From assembly GCA_017412085.1 (NCBI GenBank), contig JAFPYS010000019.1:17869-81868 (forward strand): a stretch of 64,000 nucleotides of DNA, read 5' to 3'. The stretch is from Alphaproteobacteria bacterium. Lineage in GTDB: Bacteria; Pseudomonadota; Alphaproteobacteria; CAAHEQ01; UBA3637. The notes beneath the pieces are model-generated. The model saw only the letters and a list, made by a program, of their open reading frames with translations. It did not search any database and was not told the DNA's origin. The position numbers and the translations under genes are program-made. Positions 18,497 through 28,395 of the stretch are shown piece after piece (the first letter of the stretch is position 1; every line of letters starts with the position of its first letter).

Positions 18497-19245
18497 AAGT
18501 GACGATTTTAGGGTGTGGTCCATCTTATGGTATGCCTTCTTTAACACGTGGATTCGGCCCATCAGATCCGAATGAGCCCAAGAATGTGCGTACTCGATCT
18601 GCGATTTTGATCGAAGATAAGGGGTTGAATGTTTTAATTGATACTGGTCCAGAAATTCGTGAACAGCTGTGGCGGATTGGGGCGCCCAAAATTGATGCAC
18701 TTCTTTACACACACGCGCATTATGATCACATGGGGGGAGCGCAAGATGTTCGTAATGTGGCCAAGGAACGCAATCAGATCATGGATGTATATGGGGCGCA
18801 AAAAGATATGTTAGCATTGCATAAGCAGATGCCTTATGTTTTTGAACCTTCTCATCAACCGACCTTTAAAACTCATTATATAAAGCCATATAAAACATTT
18901 AAGATTGGTCACTTAGATATTACGCCGATTTATCAGCATCATGGGGAAGGTTCATCCATTGGTTATCGCATTGGTGATTTTGCGTATTGTACAGATGTGA
19001 AAGCAATTGACCCAGAGGGTTGGAAAGTGTTAAAGGGGGTGAAAGTGTGGGTTTTGGGATGTGTGACAACCAGAGAAAACCCAAAACATATCCACCTGCC
19101 AGAGGCTTTGAAATGGATTCAAAAATTAAAACCAGAACGTGCCTATTTGACACACATGGGATCCAAGATGGATTATCAAACATTGAAGAAAACATTACCT
19201 AAAGGGGTGTTTGCTTGCTATGATGGGTTGGTCATCAAACTATAA
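18493..19245 (+). CDS. MBL-fold metallo-hydrolase (PhnP-like)
   Basis: LGCGPSYGMPSL, TRSAILIEDKGLNVLIDTGPE, YTHAHYDHMGG. Confidence 0.88.
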   Translation: MKVTILGCGPSYGMPSLTRGFGPSDPNEPKNVRTRSAILIEDKGLNVLIDTGPEIREQLWRIGAPKIDALLYTHAHYDHMGGAQDVRNVAKERNQIMDVYGAQKDMLALHKQMPYVFEPSHQPTFKTHYIKPYKTFKIGHLDITPIYQHHGEGSSIGYRIGDFAYCTDVKAIDPEGWKVLKGVKVWVLGCVTTRENPKHIHLPEALKWIQKLKPERAYLTHMGSKMDYQTLKKTLPKGVFACYDGLVIKL

Positions 19246-19256
19246 AATAAAAAAGA

Positions 19257-20552
19257 TCACTCTTCTTCTTTTAACGCAATGATATCTTGCAGTTTTTGAT
19301 AGTAAGGACTTTGTTTGTTGAAGTGTTCAATTAACTTCTTTGCACGTTTTTGGGCCGCAGGCAATTTATTAGAAGCACGCTCATATTCAGCCATGGCATA
19401 ATCAGATTCTAAATCTTTTCCAAGTTTATTGTATGCGGTTGCCATTAATCGCCAACCAAGAGCCAAATCTGGTTCTTCAACGGTGGCTCGTGACAGAATT
19501 GGAAGAGCTTTTTGGGCCAAATTGGTATCATCTTTTTCCAGGTAGGCTTGAGCTAAGGCCAGCTCTATCAGGGGCTGATGAGGCTTAATTTTATTCGCTT
19601 GTTCATAGTTTTTAATCGCTTCATCTATAAAGCCTTTTTCAAATGAAAATTGTCCCTTCATTTCATAAAGATACGGATCGTTTGGTTTTTCCTTAATCAG
19701 TGTGTCCAATAATTGAAAAGATTTGTTTAAGTCATGCATCTGATAAAAGGCAATAGCTTGGGCGTAACGATCGGAGAAAGTGTTGCCTTTATAATGATTT
19801 AAAACATCCTGAGGCTTTTGCATAAAACCGATTAATTTTGCTTTGATACGTTCAAACATGGGATCTTTTTTCACGGGGGGTGCATTTTCGGTAAAGCGTC
19901 CCAAATCGTGTACGCGACTTTGTGTCATGGGGTGAGTGCGTAAATAACCAAGATCTGATTCGTCATTTAAGCGTTCCAAACGTCTCAGATGTTGCATAAT
20001 GTTGACGAAACCTTGCATGGAATAACCCAGTTTTTTCATAACATCAACGGCGATACGGTCTGCTGAACTTTCTTCGGTTTGTCGATATGTCAAAAATTGT
20101 CCCAAAGCAGATCCTTGAGATCCTATCATGATCGCTATTCCAGCATCTGGTCGGCCAGCAGCGACCGCCAAAATCCCGCCCAAAATTGTGGAAATCAGAG
20201 TGGTTGTTTTGGCTTTTTCCATGGCGGTAATGCCACGGGTAATATGGCCGCCAACAATATGGCCTGTTTCATGCGAGAGAACAAACATCACGTCGTCAAT
20301 GCTGGTGGCTTGAGTCAAAAGTCCCGTGTGTACGAAAATTGTCTGTCCACCAACAACGAAGGCATTTATAGACGGATCGTTTACGAGGACGATTTCTGCG
20401 TTTTCGGGGGGCAAATTGACAGCTTTAAAAATTTTCTTTGCCCATCCTGTGACAGTCTCTTCAATTTCTGTGTCCCGAATGATGGACACAGCATGGGCCG
20501 AAAATCCCCAAAAGAATACAAAGCACAGGAATAAAACATGCAAAATTTTCAT
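19257..20552 (-). CDS. M48 family metalloprotease with TPR repeats (BepA-like)
   Basis: VLSHETGHIVGGHI (HExxH), SSADRIAVDVMKKLGY, signal peptide, C-terminal TPRs. Start at MKILHVLFL. Confidence 0.9.
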   Translation of the reverse strand: MKILHVLFLCFVFFWGFSAHAVSIIRDTEIEETVTGWAKKIFKAVNLPPENAEIVLVNDPSINAFVVGGQTIFVHTGLLTQATSIDDVMFVLSHETGHIVGGHITRGITAMEKAKTTTLISTILGGILAVAAGRPDAGIAIMIGSQGSALGQFLTYRQTEESSADRIAVDVMKKLGYSMQGFVNIMQHLRRLERLNDESDLGYLRTHPMTQSRVHDLGRFTENAPPVKKDPMFERIKAKLIGFMQKPQDVLNHYKGNTFSDRYAQAIAFYQMHDLNKSFQLLDTLIKEKPNDPYLYEMKGQFSFEKGFIDEAIKNYEQANKIKPHQPLIELALAQAYLEKDDTNLAQKALPILSRATVEEPDLALGWRLMATAYNKLGKDLESDYAMAEYERASNKLPAAQKRAKKLIEHFNKQSPYYQKLQDIIALKEEE

Positions 20553-20632
20553 AAATGAAGAATAGAACAAAAAAATGCGTTCGTCAAGAAAGAATCCTTG
20601 ACAAGTGGAAAATAATGGTATCAAATAGAGTC

Positions 20633-21112
20633 ATGATCAATGAAGATAAAAAGAAAATATTTGTTGGATTCTTGTTTGCCATGCTTTTGGCGATCAGCAT
20701 GATCGTGTTGCATGAGCGTTCTATCACAAAACAATCGCACATTGGATTCACGCTGTATGCGTATTTTAACAAAATAGATGGTGTGGCGAACGGGGTAGAA
20801 GTTCGTTTGGGGGGATTAAAAGTAGGACGTGTTGTCAGCCAAACATTTGCGAAAGACTATCAAATTAAAGTTGAGATGGCTTTAAATAAAGATTATCAGT
20901 TACCTGTGGATTCGTCTGTTCAAATTGAAACAGACGGCTTAATGGGACCAAAGCATATCGAAATTGTACCGGGAGCGGATGATGAATTGCTGCGCGATGG
21001 AGATGCGTTTGGATATACTCAGGATGTGATGATTTTAAATGATTTGCTTGAAAAAGTGGTGGCGTATATGCGCGATAAAAAAGGAGTGACAGATGAAGAA
21101 GAATCCAATTGA
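20633..21112 (+). CDS. MlaD/MCE domain protein (first tandem copy)
   Basis: GFTLYAYFNKIDGVANGVEVRLGGLKVGRVVSQTF...LPVDSSVQIETDGLMGPKHIEIVPG, an MCE domain. Start assigned to MINEDKK. Confidence 0.8.
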   Translation: MINEDKKKIFVGFLFAMLLAISMIVLHERSITKQSHIGFTLYAYFNKIDGVANGVEVRLGGLKVGRVVSQTFAKDYQIKVEMALNKDYQLPVDSSVQIETDGLMGPKHIEIVPGADDELLRDGDAFGYTQDVMILNDLLEKVVAYMRDKKGVTDEEESN

Positions 21113-21536
21113 AACAATTTTAGGCTTTTTGGTGTTAATTTTAGCTTGTTTGTTTTTGTTTTTTGCCTGTTCCCGTATCGATACAAAAGATATATCAGGT
21201 TATACAGTGATTGCTAATTTTGCAAAAGTCGGCGGATTGGGTGCCGGTGCTGATGTCCGTATTGCTGGTTTAAAGGTTGGTTCTGTTTTAAAAACAGAAT
21301 TAGACCAGGAAGATTATACGGTTAACGTTTATTTAAGCATTGATTCCAATGTGAAATTACCAATTGACACAGTTGCGGCTATTGCGGACTCTGGTATCAT
21401 GGGCGATAAATATATCCGTTTGGAACCGGGCAAGGCTCAGGCAGTGTTAAATGAGAACGACAAGATGGCACAAACAAAAAGTTATAAGTCCTTAGAAGAC
21501 AGTGTGTCTGAGTTTATCTTTTTATCAACAAAGTAG
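21093..21536 (+). CDS. mlaD: Outer membrane lipid asymmetry protein MlaD (MCE domain, second tandem copy)
   Basis: NPIETILGFLVLILACLFLFFAC, YTVIANFAKVGGLGAGADVRIAGLKVGSV, DSGIMGDKYIRLEPG. Confidence 0.88.
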   Translation: MKKNPIETILGFLVLILACLFLFFACSRIDTKDISGYTVIANFAKVGGLGAGADVRIAGLKVGSVLKTELDQEDYTVNVYLSIDSNVKLPIDTVAAIADSGIMGDKYIRLEPGKAQAVLNENDKMAQTKSYKSLEDSVSEFIFLSTK

Positions 21537-21542
21537 GGGAAA

Positions 21543-21974
21543 ATGAAAAGAATTTTATTGGCATTTTTGTGTGGCATTAGTTGCAGCCTTCATGCTGCTG
21601 ATTTTCCGACAGAAGCTGTGTTGTTACAAGCTTTAGATAAGACAACAGGGCGGACAAGTTTTTTAACTGTTAAAGTTGGAGAGCCTTATGAATATGGGGA
21701 TTTAATCGTCAAGGTTGAAAAGTGTATGAAACGTCCCCAGGAAGAAACACCGGAAAATTCCGTGTTTATTAATGTGTCGGAAAAAACAGGCAATGAAATT
21801 TTTAATGGATGGATGTTTTCTTCAAATCCTGCGTTGTCTGCTATGGAGCATCCCGTTTACGATATATGGGTTATTGAGTGCAAGAATAAAAATGCTGCGC
21901 CCATACAACCGATTGTGTCTGCTGTTGAGTTGGGTGAAACAGAGGAAGTGAATACGGACGAATTAGAAGACTAG
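21543..21974 (+). CDS. DUF2155 domain-containing protein
   Basis: AVLLQALDKTTGRTSFLTVKVGE...LIVKVEKCMKRPQEETPENSVFINV...NGWMFSSNPALSAMEHPVYDIWVIEC, an alphaproteobacterial DUF2155 pattern. Confidence 0.82.
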   Translation: MKRILLAFLCGISCSLHAADFPTEAVLLQALDKTTGRTSFLTVKVGEPYEYGDLIVKVEKCMKRPQEETPENSVFINVSEKTGNEIFNGWMFSSNPALSAMEHPVYDIWVIECKNKNAAPIQPIVSAVELGETEEVNTDELED

Positions 21975-22963
21975 ACGTGTTCCTTTAAACAAAAATTCCT
22001 GATGTTTTGAAACGTTGTCTGTAAAATTCTTTGTAATGCATCTGTTGTATTAAAGGCAATATGTGGTGTTGCAATGACATGGGGGTGTTGTAACAGCTTT
22101 AAATTCATGGCAGAATCTAATAAAATTTGGGTTTCATTGTTGTGTTTGTGTAACAAAAGATCGTCATGTAACAAGATGTCCTCGTTTTCTAAAACATCCA
22201 ACCCAGCAGCGGCGACAACACCGGATTTTACGGCTTGATAAAGGGCTTGAGTATCGATTAAATCGCCCCGCGCCGTGTTAATAATATAAACGCCTTTTTT
22301 CATTTTTTTAAAAGCTTGTTGATTTAATAAATGATAATTTTCGGGGGTTGATGGAATGTGCAATGAAATAATATCGCTCTGTTTTAAAAGGCTCTCAAAG
22401 GAAACATAATAATCTTGTAATTCCTTTGTCGGATACAGATCATAAGCCAAGACTTTCATGCCAAAGCCGTTTGCCAAACGAATCATGTGGCGCCCAATGG
22501 AGCCGGTGCCAATAATGCCAATTGTTTTCCCATATAAATCAAATCCGGTGTACTCAGACGTATGAATTCGATTTCTGGCCATATCTTGTTGGGCGTTAAT
22601 AATGTGGCGCGAAATATTAAGCAGAAGTCCAAAAGCAAATTCGGCGACAGTTTGGGCCCCGTAATAAGGGACATTAACTATCTGGATGCGACGCTTATGG
22701 CAGTATTGCTGATCAATGTGGTTAATGCCCGTGCTTCGTGTTGCAATTAGCTTTAGATTAGGAAAGAGATCTAATTTTTTGGGATCTAAGATCTCTGAGT
22801 GCGTAAAAACGGAAATAACAGCTGCATCTGAATAAGATTGAAGGTTTTTGTGTGAAGTTTGATTTAAGCTATTTTTTTCAAAAACAAACGTTGTGTTTTT
22901 GATTGGATGTTGTTTGGCAAAGCTTTTTAAATCCGAATCCGTATCAAAAAATATAACCTTCAT
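21971..22963 (-). CDS. D-2-hydroxyacid dehydrogenase, D-lactate dehydrogenase-like
   Basis: GKTIGIIGTGSIGRHMIRLANGFGMKVLAYD, INTARGDLIDT, GLDVLENE, PHVIATPHIAFNT. Start at MKVIFFDTD. Confidence 0.85.
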   Translation of the reverse strand: MKVIFFDTDSDLKSFAKQHPIKNTTFVFEKNSLNQTSHKNLQSYSDAAVISVFTHSEILDPKKLDLFPNLKLIATRSTGINHIDQQYCHKRRIQIVNVPYYGAQTVAEFAFGLLLNISRHIINAQQDMARNRIHTSEYTGFDLYGKTIGIIGTGSIGRHMIRLANGFGMKVLAYDLYPTKELQDYYVSFESLLKQSDIISLHIPSTPENYHLLNQQAFKKMKKGVYIINTARGDLIDTQALYQAVKSGVVAAAGLDVLENEDILLHDDLLLHKHNNETQILLDSAMNLKLLQHPHVIATPHIAFNTTDALQRILQTTFQNIRNFCLKEHV

Positions 22964-23014
22964 CTTCTTTCTCCCGATGAAAGAGATGGGATAGATGAGG
23001 GGTAAAAACAAGAG

Positions 23015-23860
23015 TTATTTCATTAATAAATCTAAAAAGTGGATAATTTTTTCACGCGTTTTATCACGAGGGACAACTTGATCAATCATACCATGTTCCA
23101 GCAAATATTCTGATTTTTGGAAGTTTTCTGGTAATTTTTCATGAATTGTTTGCTCAATGACACGAGCGCCAGCAAAACCAATGGTGGCGCCAGGTTCGGC
23201 CAAGGTAATGTCAGCCAACATGGCAAAAGAGGCTGTAACACCGCCCGTGGTTGGGTTTGTTAAAAGAACGATGTAAGGAAGGCGCTGTTGCTTTAATTTT
23301 TTAACAGCTAATACTGTTCGTGCCATCTGCATCAAAGACAAGATGCCCTCTTGCATACGTGCGCCGCCAGAAGCTGGGATAAGCAAAAGAGCAGCTTGTT
23401 TGTTTAAGGCAAGATCTGCCGCTTTAATGATTGCTTGACCAACGGTGGTATTCATTGATCCTCCCATAAAGTCGAAATCGAAAACACCGATAACAACGGG
23501 ATGTCCCCCCATTAGGCCAGAGGCAAGAACAACGGCCTCGTCATGATTTGTCTTTTTGCGAGCTTCTTTCAGGCGATCAGTGTATTTCTTAATATCTTTG
23601 AAGTGAAGAGGATCTTCTTTTGTTTGTGGAAGTTTGATTGGCGTAAATTTTGCCTCATCAAACAAAAGTTCTAATCGCTTCATCGGAGATAAGCGAAAAT
23701 GGTACTGGCACGACGGGCAAACAAAATCGTGCTTTTGGACCTCAGAATGATATAACATATTGCCGCAGCCAGGACATTTGTCCCAGTAATTATCTGGAAT
23801 ATCCTTTACAATGTTGACCTTTTTAACAATAGGCCGGTTGCGGTTGTTAATCCAATTCAT
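23015..23860 (-). CDS. accD: Acetyl-CoA carboxylase carboxyltransferase subunit beta
   Basis: N-terminal Zn ribbon CPGCGNMLYHSEVQKHDFVCPSCQYHFRL; SGGARMQEGILSLMQMART; TNPTTGGVTASFAMLADI. Confidence 0.96.
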   Translation of the reverse strand: MNWINNRNRPIVKKVNIVKDIPDNYWDKCPGCGNMLYHSEVQKHDFVCPSCQYHFRLSPMKRLELLFDEAKFTPIKLPQTKEDPLHFKDIKKYTDRLKEARKKTNHDEAVVLASGLMGGHPVVIGVFDFDFMGGSMNTTVGQAIIKAADLALNKQAALLLIPASGGARMQEGILSLMQMARTVLAVKKLKQQRLPYIVLLTNPTTGGVTASFAMLADITLAEPGATIGFAGARVIEQTIHEKLPENFQKSEYLLEHGMIDQVVPRDKTREKIIHFLDLLMK

Positions 23861-23872
23861 AGGGAACCTTTG

Positions 23873-24148
23873 TTATTTGTTAAGTGCTTGTTTTACAGCC
23901 TTACCAGCTTTAAAGAAGGGCACTTTCTTTTGGGATACTTGAACAGAGGCGCCAGTTTTAGGATTGCGTCCCGTACGGGCCTTACGTGTTCTGACGGACA
24001 AAACACCAAATTCACGTAATTCAACGCGATTGCCCTCAACAAGGGCTTCTGTAATGGTGTCAAAAATAGTGTTCACAATGCGTTTTGCAACAGTTTTGGA
24101 AACGTTTTCCGTTTCGGCAATTTTATCAATCAATTCAGATTTAATCAT
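23873..24148 (-). CDS. HU/IHF family DNA-binding protein
   Basis: 91 aa; MIKSELIDKIAE..., VELREFGVLSVRTRKARTGRNPKTGASVQV. Confidence 0.93.
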   Translation of the reverse strand: MIKSELIDKIAETENVSKTVAKRIVNTIFDTITEALVEGNRVELREFGVLSVRTRKARTGRNPKTGASVQVSQKKVPFFKAGKAVKQALNK

Positions 24149-24181
24149 CTTGTCATCCTTTCATCTATAACGTTTATATTT

Positions 24182-25105
24182 TTACTTCTTTTTTTTAGAA
24201 AAGTCAAGTGGTGATTGATTTTTCTGTTTGTTCATCTCTTCGGCGCCCGAAACAATATCGATCAGCTCATCAGTAATTTGTGCTTGTCTGAGTTGTTGAT
24301 ACTGGAGATGAAATTCATCCAAAGAATCTTCAATGTTTTGTTCCGCTTCTTGCATATGAATCATGCGGGTATAGTGTTCACTTGCCAAACTAGAAACTAG
24401 ATCGTGTAGTACCATAACGGTCAGATACTCGTGCAAAAGAGCGCGAAACAATTGATCTTTATCAACGCTAATCATTGGAAGAGAGCGCCCATCCCATTTG
24501 GTGCGTTGCAATTGGTCCATATTTTCTTCTGGAAAGGGAATTAATTGCCGTGCCCGAGCGACAAAAGCGGCATTTCCTTGTTTGTGATTTGAAAATAAAT
24601 ATACAAAATCGATTTTATGAGCTGAGGCAATCTTGTTTATTTTGTTTAAAAGTTGTGCTGATATGGGCGCCAATTCTTTAAGTGAGTTTGAAATAGGATA
24701 GGTCGCCTCCAAAATATATTTAGGCTTGGATGAAGCCAGCAATCCGATGCGTTTGCCAACGGCGATAATATGTGGTTTGGAATCCGGAAACTGGTTTTGT
24801 AAATATTTTTCTGTAAATTTCATTAAATCCCGATTAAAGCGTCCAACCAACCCATTGTCTGAACCAATAATAATACCCAGGACATCTGACGCTTTGCTTG
24901 AAGATTTTGGGAGATCATAGTGAAAAGAATCTTGAGCAAATAATCCATGGAAAGCATCGCGGATTGTTTGCCCGTATTGCCTGAGGGATTGAAGCGCTTT
25001 TTCGTACTGACCAACGCTGACGGAGGACAGCATTTTCATGGTGCTGACAATCTCACCAAGATCCGAAGTCGTTTTTATTCGACGATTAAGCGCTTCTAAG
25101 CTCAT
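24182..25105 (-). CDS. atpG: N-ATPase F1 gamma subunit
   Basis: Gamma-like N-terminus LNRRIKTTSDLGEIVSTMKMLSSVSV and C-terminal coiled coil; last gene of an atpDCQRBEFAG operon. Confidence 0.88.
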   Translation of the reverse strand: MSLEALNRRIKTTSDLGEIVSTMKMLSSVSVGQYEKALQSLRQYGQTIRDAFHGLFAQDSFHYDLPKSSSKASDVLGIIIGSDNGLVGRFNRDLMKFTEKYLQNQFPDSKPHIIAVGKRIGLLASSKPKYILEATYPISNSLKELAPISAQLLNKINKIASAHKIDFVYLFSNHKQGNAAFVARARQLIPFPEENMDQLQRTKWDGRSLPMISVDKDQLFRALLHEYLTVMVLHDLVSSLASEHYTRMIHMQEAEQNIEDSLDEFHLQYQQLRQAQITDELIDIVSGAEEMNKQKNQSPLDFSKKKK

Positions 25106-26617
25106 TTATAATCCTTTTTTATCAAGGGCCGAACGAAAGGCATCCAATAATTTGTTTTGAGTAGATGGATCTAGTTTCTCTCGCTTTAAAACAATTCGAT
25201 CAACAATGGATGAGAAACGTTGATGAAGTGTTTTATGAATAATATCTTGTGCCTGCAAGATTTGTTTGTCATTCATTGTATCAAAAATGCCATTGTTCAC
25301 AGATAAGAAGACTGCGATTTGGGTTGCCACATCCATGGGGTGAAATTGAACCTGTTGTAAAACCAAACGAATTGCATGACCACGATTTAACTTCTGCTGT
25401 GTTTCAGCATCCAGTTGAACGCCAAATTTTGAGAAGGATTCCAATTCTTCAAATTGTGAGTAAAAAAGCTTAAGTGGCCCCAATAATTGCCGATAAGCAG
25501 GTAATTGGGCTTCACCCCCAACGCGGGAGACAGAACGACCTGTATCAATTGCGGGCATGATGCCCTTTTGGAACAAGGACGTTGATAAATAAATCTGACC
25601 ATCTGTAATAGAAATTACATTGGTTGGAATATACGCGGAAATATTGCCCGCTTCCGTTGAAACAATTGGAAGAGAAGTTAATGAACCACCGCCCAATTTG
25701 TTAATTAAATGTGTGGAGCGTTCAAGTAATCTTGAATGAATATAGAAAATATCTCCAGGATAGGCTTCACGTCCAGGGGGTGTTCTTAAAAGTAAAGACA
25801 TCTGACGATAGGCGCGCGCATGGGCAGTTAGATCATCATAAACAATCAGAACATCCTTGCCTTTCATCATAAACCATTCGGCAATAGATGTGGCAGAATA
25901 GGGTGCAATAAATTGTAAACCGGCTTCTTCTTCACCGTTGGCAACAACAATAACGGAATGGTCCATCATGCCGCCGTTTTTTAATTGATCAATAACACGT
26001 GCGGTATCGGCACTGCGTTGCCCAATGGCGCAATAAATACAAATAACACCTGTTTCTTTTTGATTTAGGATGGTATCGACAGCAATGGCCGTTTTACCCG
26101 TTTGACGATCTCCCAGGATTAACTCACGTTGTCCCCGTCCAATCGGGGTAAAGGAATCGATAGCCTTAATTCCTGTTTGAAGAGGGGTATCCACTGGGGC
26201 GCGATCCATGATAGAATGTGCTGGTCGTTCAATCGGCCAATTTTCTTTTGTGTGTATCTTGCCCTGTTCATCCAACGGTTGACCCAAAGGATTTATGACA
26301 CGCCCCAACAATTCCGGGCCGACAGGAACTTCCAAAATGCGTCCAGTTTGCTCTGCCCGGTCTCCCGCCGTTAAAGAATCCGCATTTGTTAAAAACACAA
26401 CACCAGCTGATTTGTCTTCCAAGTTATGAACCATGCCAATCACACCATTCTTAAATGTCAAAAGCTCATTAATTTTTGCATTAGATAGCCCAGATACTTG
26501 TGCTGTTCCTGCGGAAATAGATATAACTTCATTTGCCTCTTTCACGTGCAATTTGGGGGCTGTTTTTTTGATGGCAGCTTGAATGCTTCGATCTATTTTT
26601 AAAGCTTTTTGTTTCAT
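25106..26617 (-). CDS. atpA: N-ATPase F1 alpha subunit
   Basis: GDRQTGKTAIAVDTILNQK, CIYCAIGQRSADTARVI, PGREAYPGDIFYIHSRLLER. Confidence 0.96.
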   Translation of the reverse strand: MKQKALKIDRSIQAAIKKTAPKLHVKEANEVISISAGTAQVSGLSNAKINELLTFKNGVIGMVHNLEDKSAGVVFLTNADSLTAGDRAEQTGRILEVPVGPELLGRVINPLGQPLDEQGKIHTKENWPIERPAHSIMDRAPVDTPLQTGIKAIDSFTPIGRGQRELILGDRQTGKTAIAVDTILNQKETGVICIYCAIGQRSADTARVIDQLKNGGMMDHSVIVVANGEEEAGLQFIAPYSATSIAEWFMMKGKDVLIVYDDLTAHARAYRQMSLLLRTPPGREAYPGDIFYIHSRLLERSTHLINKLGGGSLTSLPIVSTEAGNISAYIPTNVISITDGQIYLSTSLFQKGIMPAIDTGRSVSRVGGEAQLPAYRQLLGPLKLFYSQFEELESFSKFGVQLDAETQQKLNRGHAIRLVLQQVQFHPMDVATQIAVFLSVNNGIFDTMNDKQILQAQDIIHKTLHQRFSSIVDRIVLKREKLDPSTQNKLLDAFRSALDKKGL

Positions 26618-27405
26618 TTACGTGCCTTTCGTTGAACGGGGACAATTAAATTTTCGATATTTTGTTTTAAACGTTGGTTGATTTCCTCCAAATAACCATT
26701 CAAATTCCATTCTAGTACGAAAGTACCAACGCGCATTTCGATTCCCAACACTAAATCTTGACGCTTTTTGAATTGAAAGCGCATTTTGGGAGGAAGTGTA
26801 AGATTTTTGCTCACAATATTTTGGATATAAACTTGTTGTTTCGTCGTTAATTTTTCTGATGTGATAATCTGAATTAACTTTTCTTGTTTAATAAGCTTTT
26901 CCAGAACATTTTTCTTTTGTTTTGAAAGAGCGTGAATCTTTTTGTGAAACAAAGATAGGATTTGATCCATAGGTGTTTGTTGGGTCCATTCGGATAAAAT
27001 TTTCCGAGACAACGTCATAAATTCAGTTGCAAGCATTTCTTGAATGCTTACCTGTGATGTTTCCCATGAACGATTTAAATCTTCCTGCAAATTTTCGCGC
27101 TTAATCCTGTAATTTAATTCCAATTCTTTCATCATTTTAGCTTTTTGTTGATGAATATCGCGTTCCATTTCATCTAATCGTTTTTGATATAATTTATCAA
27201 AATCCTTTTGTTGTTGTTTTAGATGTGCTTCCTGTTCTTCCGAGGATTTTAGTTTGTCCTCAGCTTCTTGTATGGTGTCGGCGACTTCTTTCCTGCGCTT
27301 ATCTATAATACTTAGAACTGGCCGGTACAAGAAATGTTGTAACAACCATATTAATAAGAACAGGTTAACAATTTGCGCGATAAATGTGATAAGATTAAAT
27401 CCCAT
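26614..27405 (-). CDS. atpF: N-ATPase Fo b subunit (long form)
   Basis: 263 aa; N-terminal TM LITFIAQIVNLFLLIWLLQHFLYRPVLSIIDKRRKEVADTI then coiled coil; position in operon. Confidence 0.88.
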   Translation of the reverse strand: MGFNLITFIAQIVNLFLLIWLLQHFLYRPVLSIIDKRRKEVADTIQEAEDKLKSSEEQEAHLKQQQKDFDKLYQKRLDEMERDIHQQKAKMMKELELNYRIKRENLQEDLNRSWETSQVSIQEMLATEFMTLSRKILSEWTQQTPMDQILSLFHKKIHALSKQKKNVLEKLIKQEKLIQIITSEKLTTKQQVYIQNIVSKNLTLPPKMRFQFKKRQDLVLGIEMRVGTFVLEWNLNGYLEEINQRLKQNIENLIVPVQRKARK

Positions 27406-27415
27406 TTAGCCTCAC

Positions 27416-27694
27416 TTATTTTGTTGCCATTTCAACCGCAAAATTCCAAAATGGATTAAAGTATAAAATCAAAACTGTAATCACGAAAGCGTAAATTGCA
27501 GTTGATTCCACCATTGCCATTGCCACAAATAAAGTACGTGTGATGTTGGAAGATTCATCCGGTTGTTGAGCCATTGAGCGCAAAGCATTGGCCGCAATAT
27601 TTGCCTCTCCAATAGCTGGGCCAACGCCTCCAATAGCAACACATAATGCTGCTGATAAGACAGATATCATTCCAATCCATGTAATTGAATCCAT
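27416..27694 (-). CDS. atpE: N-ATPase Fo c subunit
   Basis: 92 aa, two TM hairpin: GGVGPAIGEANIAANALRSMAQQPDE and AMVESTAIYAFVITVLILYFNPF. Confidence 0.95.
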   Translation of the reverse strand: MDSITWIGMISVLSAALCVAIGGVGPAIGEANIAANALRSMAQQPDESSNITRTLFVAMAMVESTAIYAFVITVLILYFNPFWNFAVEMATK

Positions 27695-27696
27695 AG

Positions 27697-28395
27697 TTAT
27701 TCTCCTTTTGTATCGTTATTGTTAATCAAAACTTCTTCGGGGGCTACCGCCGATACATATACGATAGCAAGAAGTGCAAAAATGTAAGCCTGGATGGTTC
27801 CCGTTAACAGTCCTAATAATTGTAGAGGAATGGGGACTACAAATGGTGCCAGCATTAATAAAACGCTGACAATCACAATACCGCTCAGCATGTTCCCATA
27901 CAGACGAAAAGCCAAGGCAAAGGTGGAAGAAAAATCAGAAATAATATTCATTGGTAACATAATTGGTGTTGGATCGATAAATTTTTTAAAATATTTCCTT
28001 AGACCAGCATTTTTGGTGCCATAGTAAGGGATGGCAAAGAAAACGACCGAAGCAAAAGCTACCGTCGTAGATAAACTGGCGGTTGGTGGATCAAATCCTG
28101 GAATCAGGGCCAGGAAGTTGGCCGTTGCAATAAATAAAAAGAAGGTGCCAATAAGGGAGATGTATTTGTTTGGGCGATCGTTACTGACAGCGTGAATCTG
28201 TCCACACAGGGTGCTCACAAGCATCTCCATAACCATTTGTAAACGTCCAATATTTTTGCCGCTAGTAAGTGTGCGTGTTGTGATGATGGATAAAACCAAA
28301 AGGACCAACATAGTGATCCATGTGTAAAACAATGTGGCATTAACTGGAAGGCCAAATAAATAGAACAAAATCTGAGTGTCCAAATTTTGAATCAT
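27697..28395 (-). CDS. atpB: N-ATPase Fo a subunit
   Basis: LIPGFDPPTASLSTTVAFA, FALAFRLYGNMLSGIVI (essential Arg), LTGTIQAYIFALLAIVYV. Confidence 0.95.
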   Translation of the reverse strand: MIQNLDTQILFYLFGLPVNATLFYTWITMLVLLVLSIITTRTLTSGKNIGRLQMVMEMLVSTLCGQIHAVSNDRPNKYISLIGTFFLFIATANFLALIPGFDPPTASLSTTVAFASVVFFAIPYYGTKNAGLRKYFKKFIDPTPIMLPMNIISDFSSTFALAFRLYGNMLSGIVIVSVLLMLAPFVVPIPLQLLGLLTGTIQAYIFALLAIVYVSAVAPEEVLINNNDTKGE

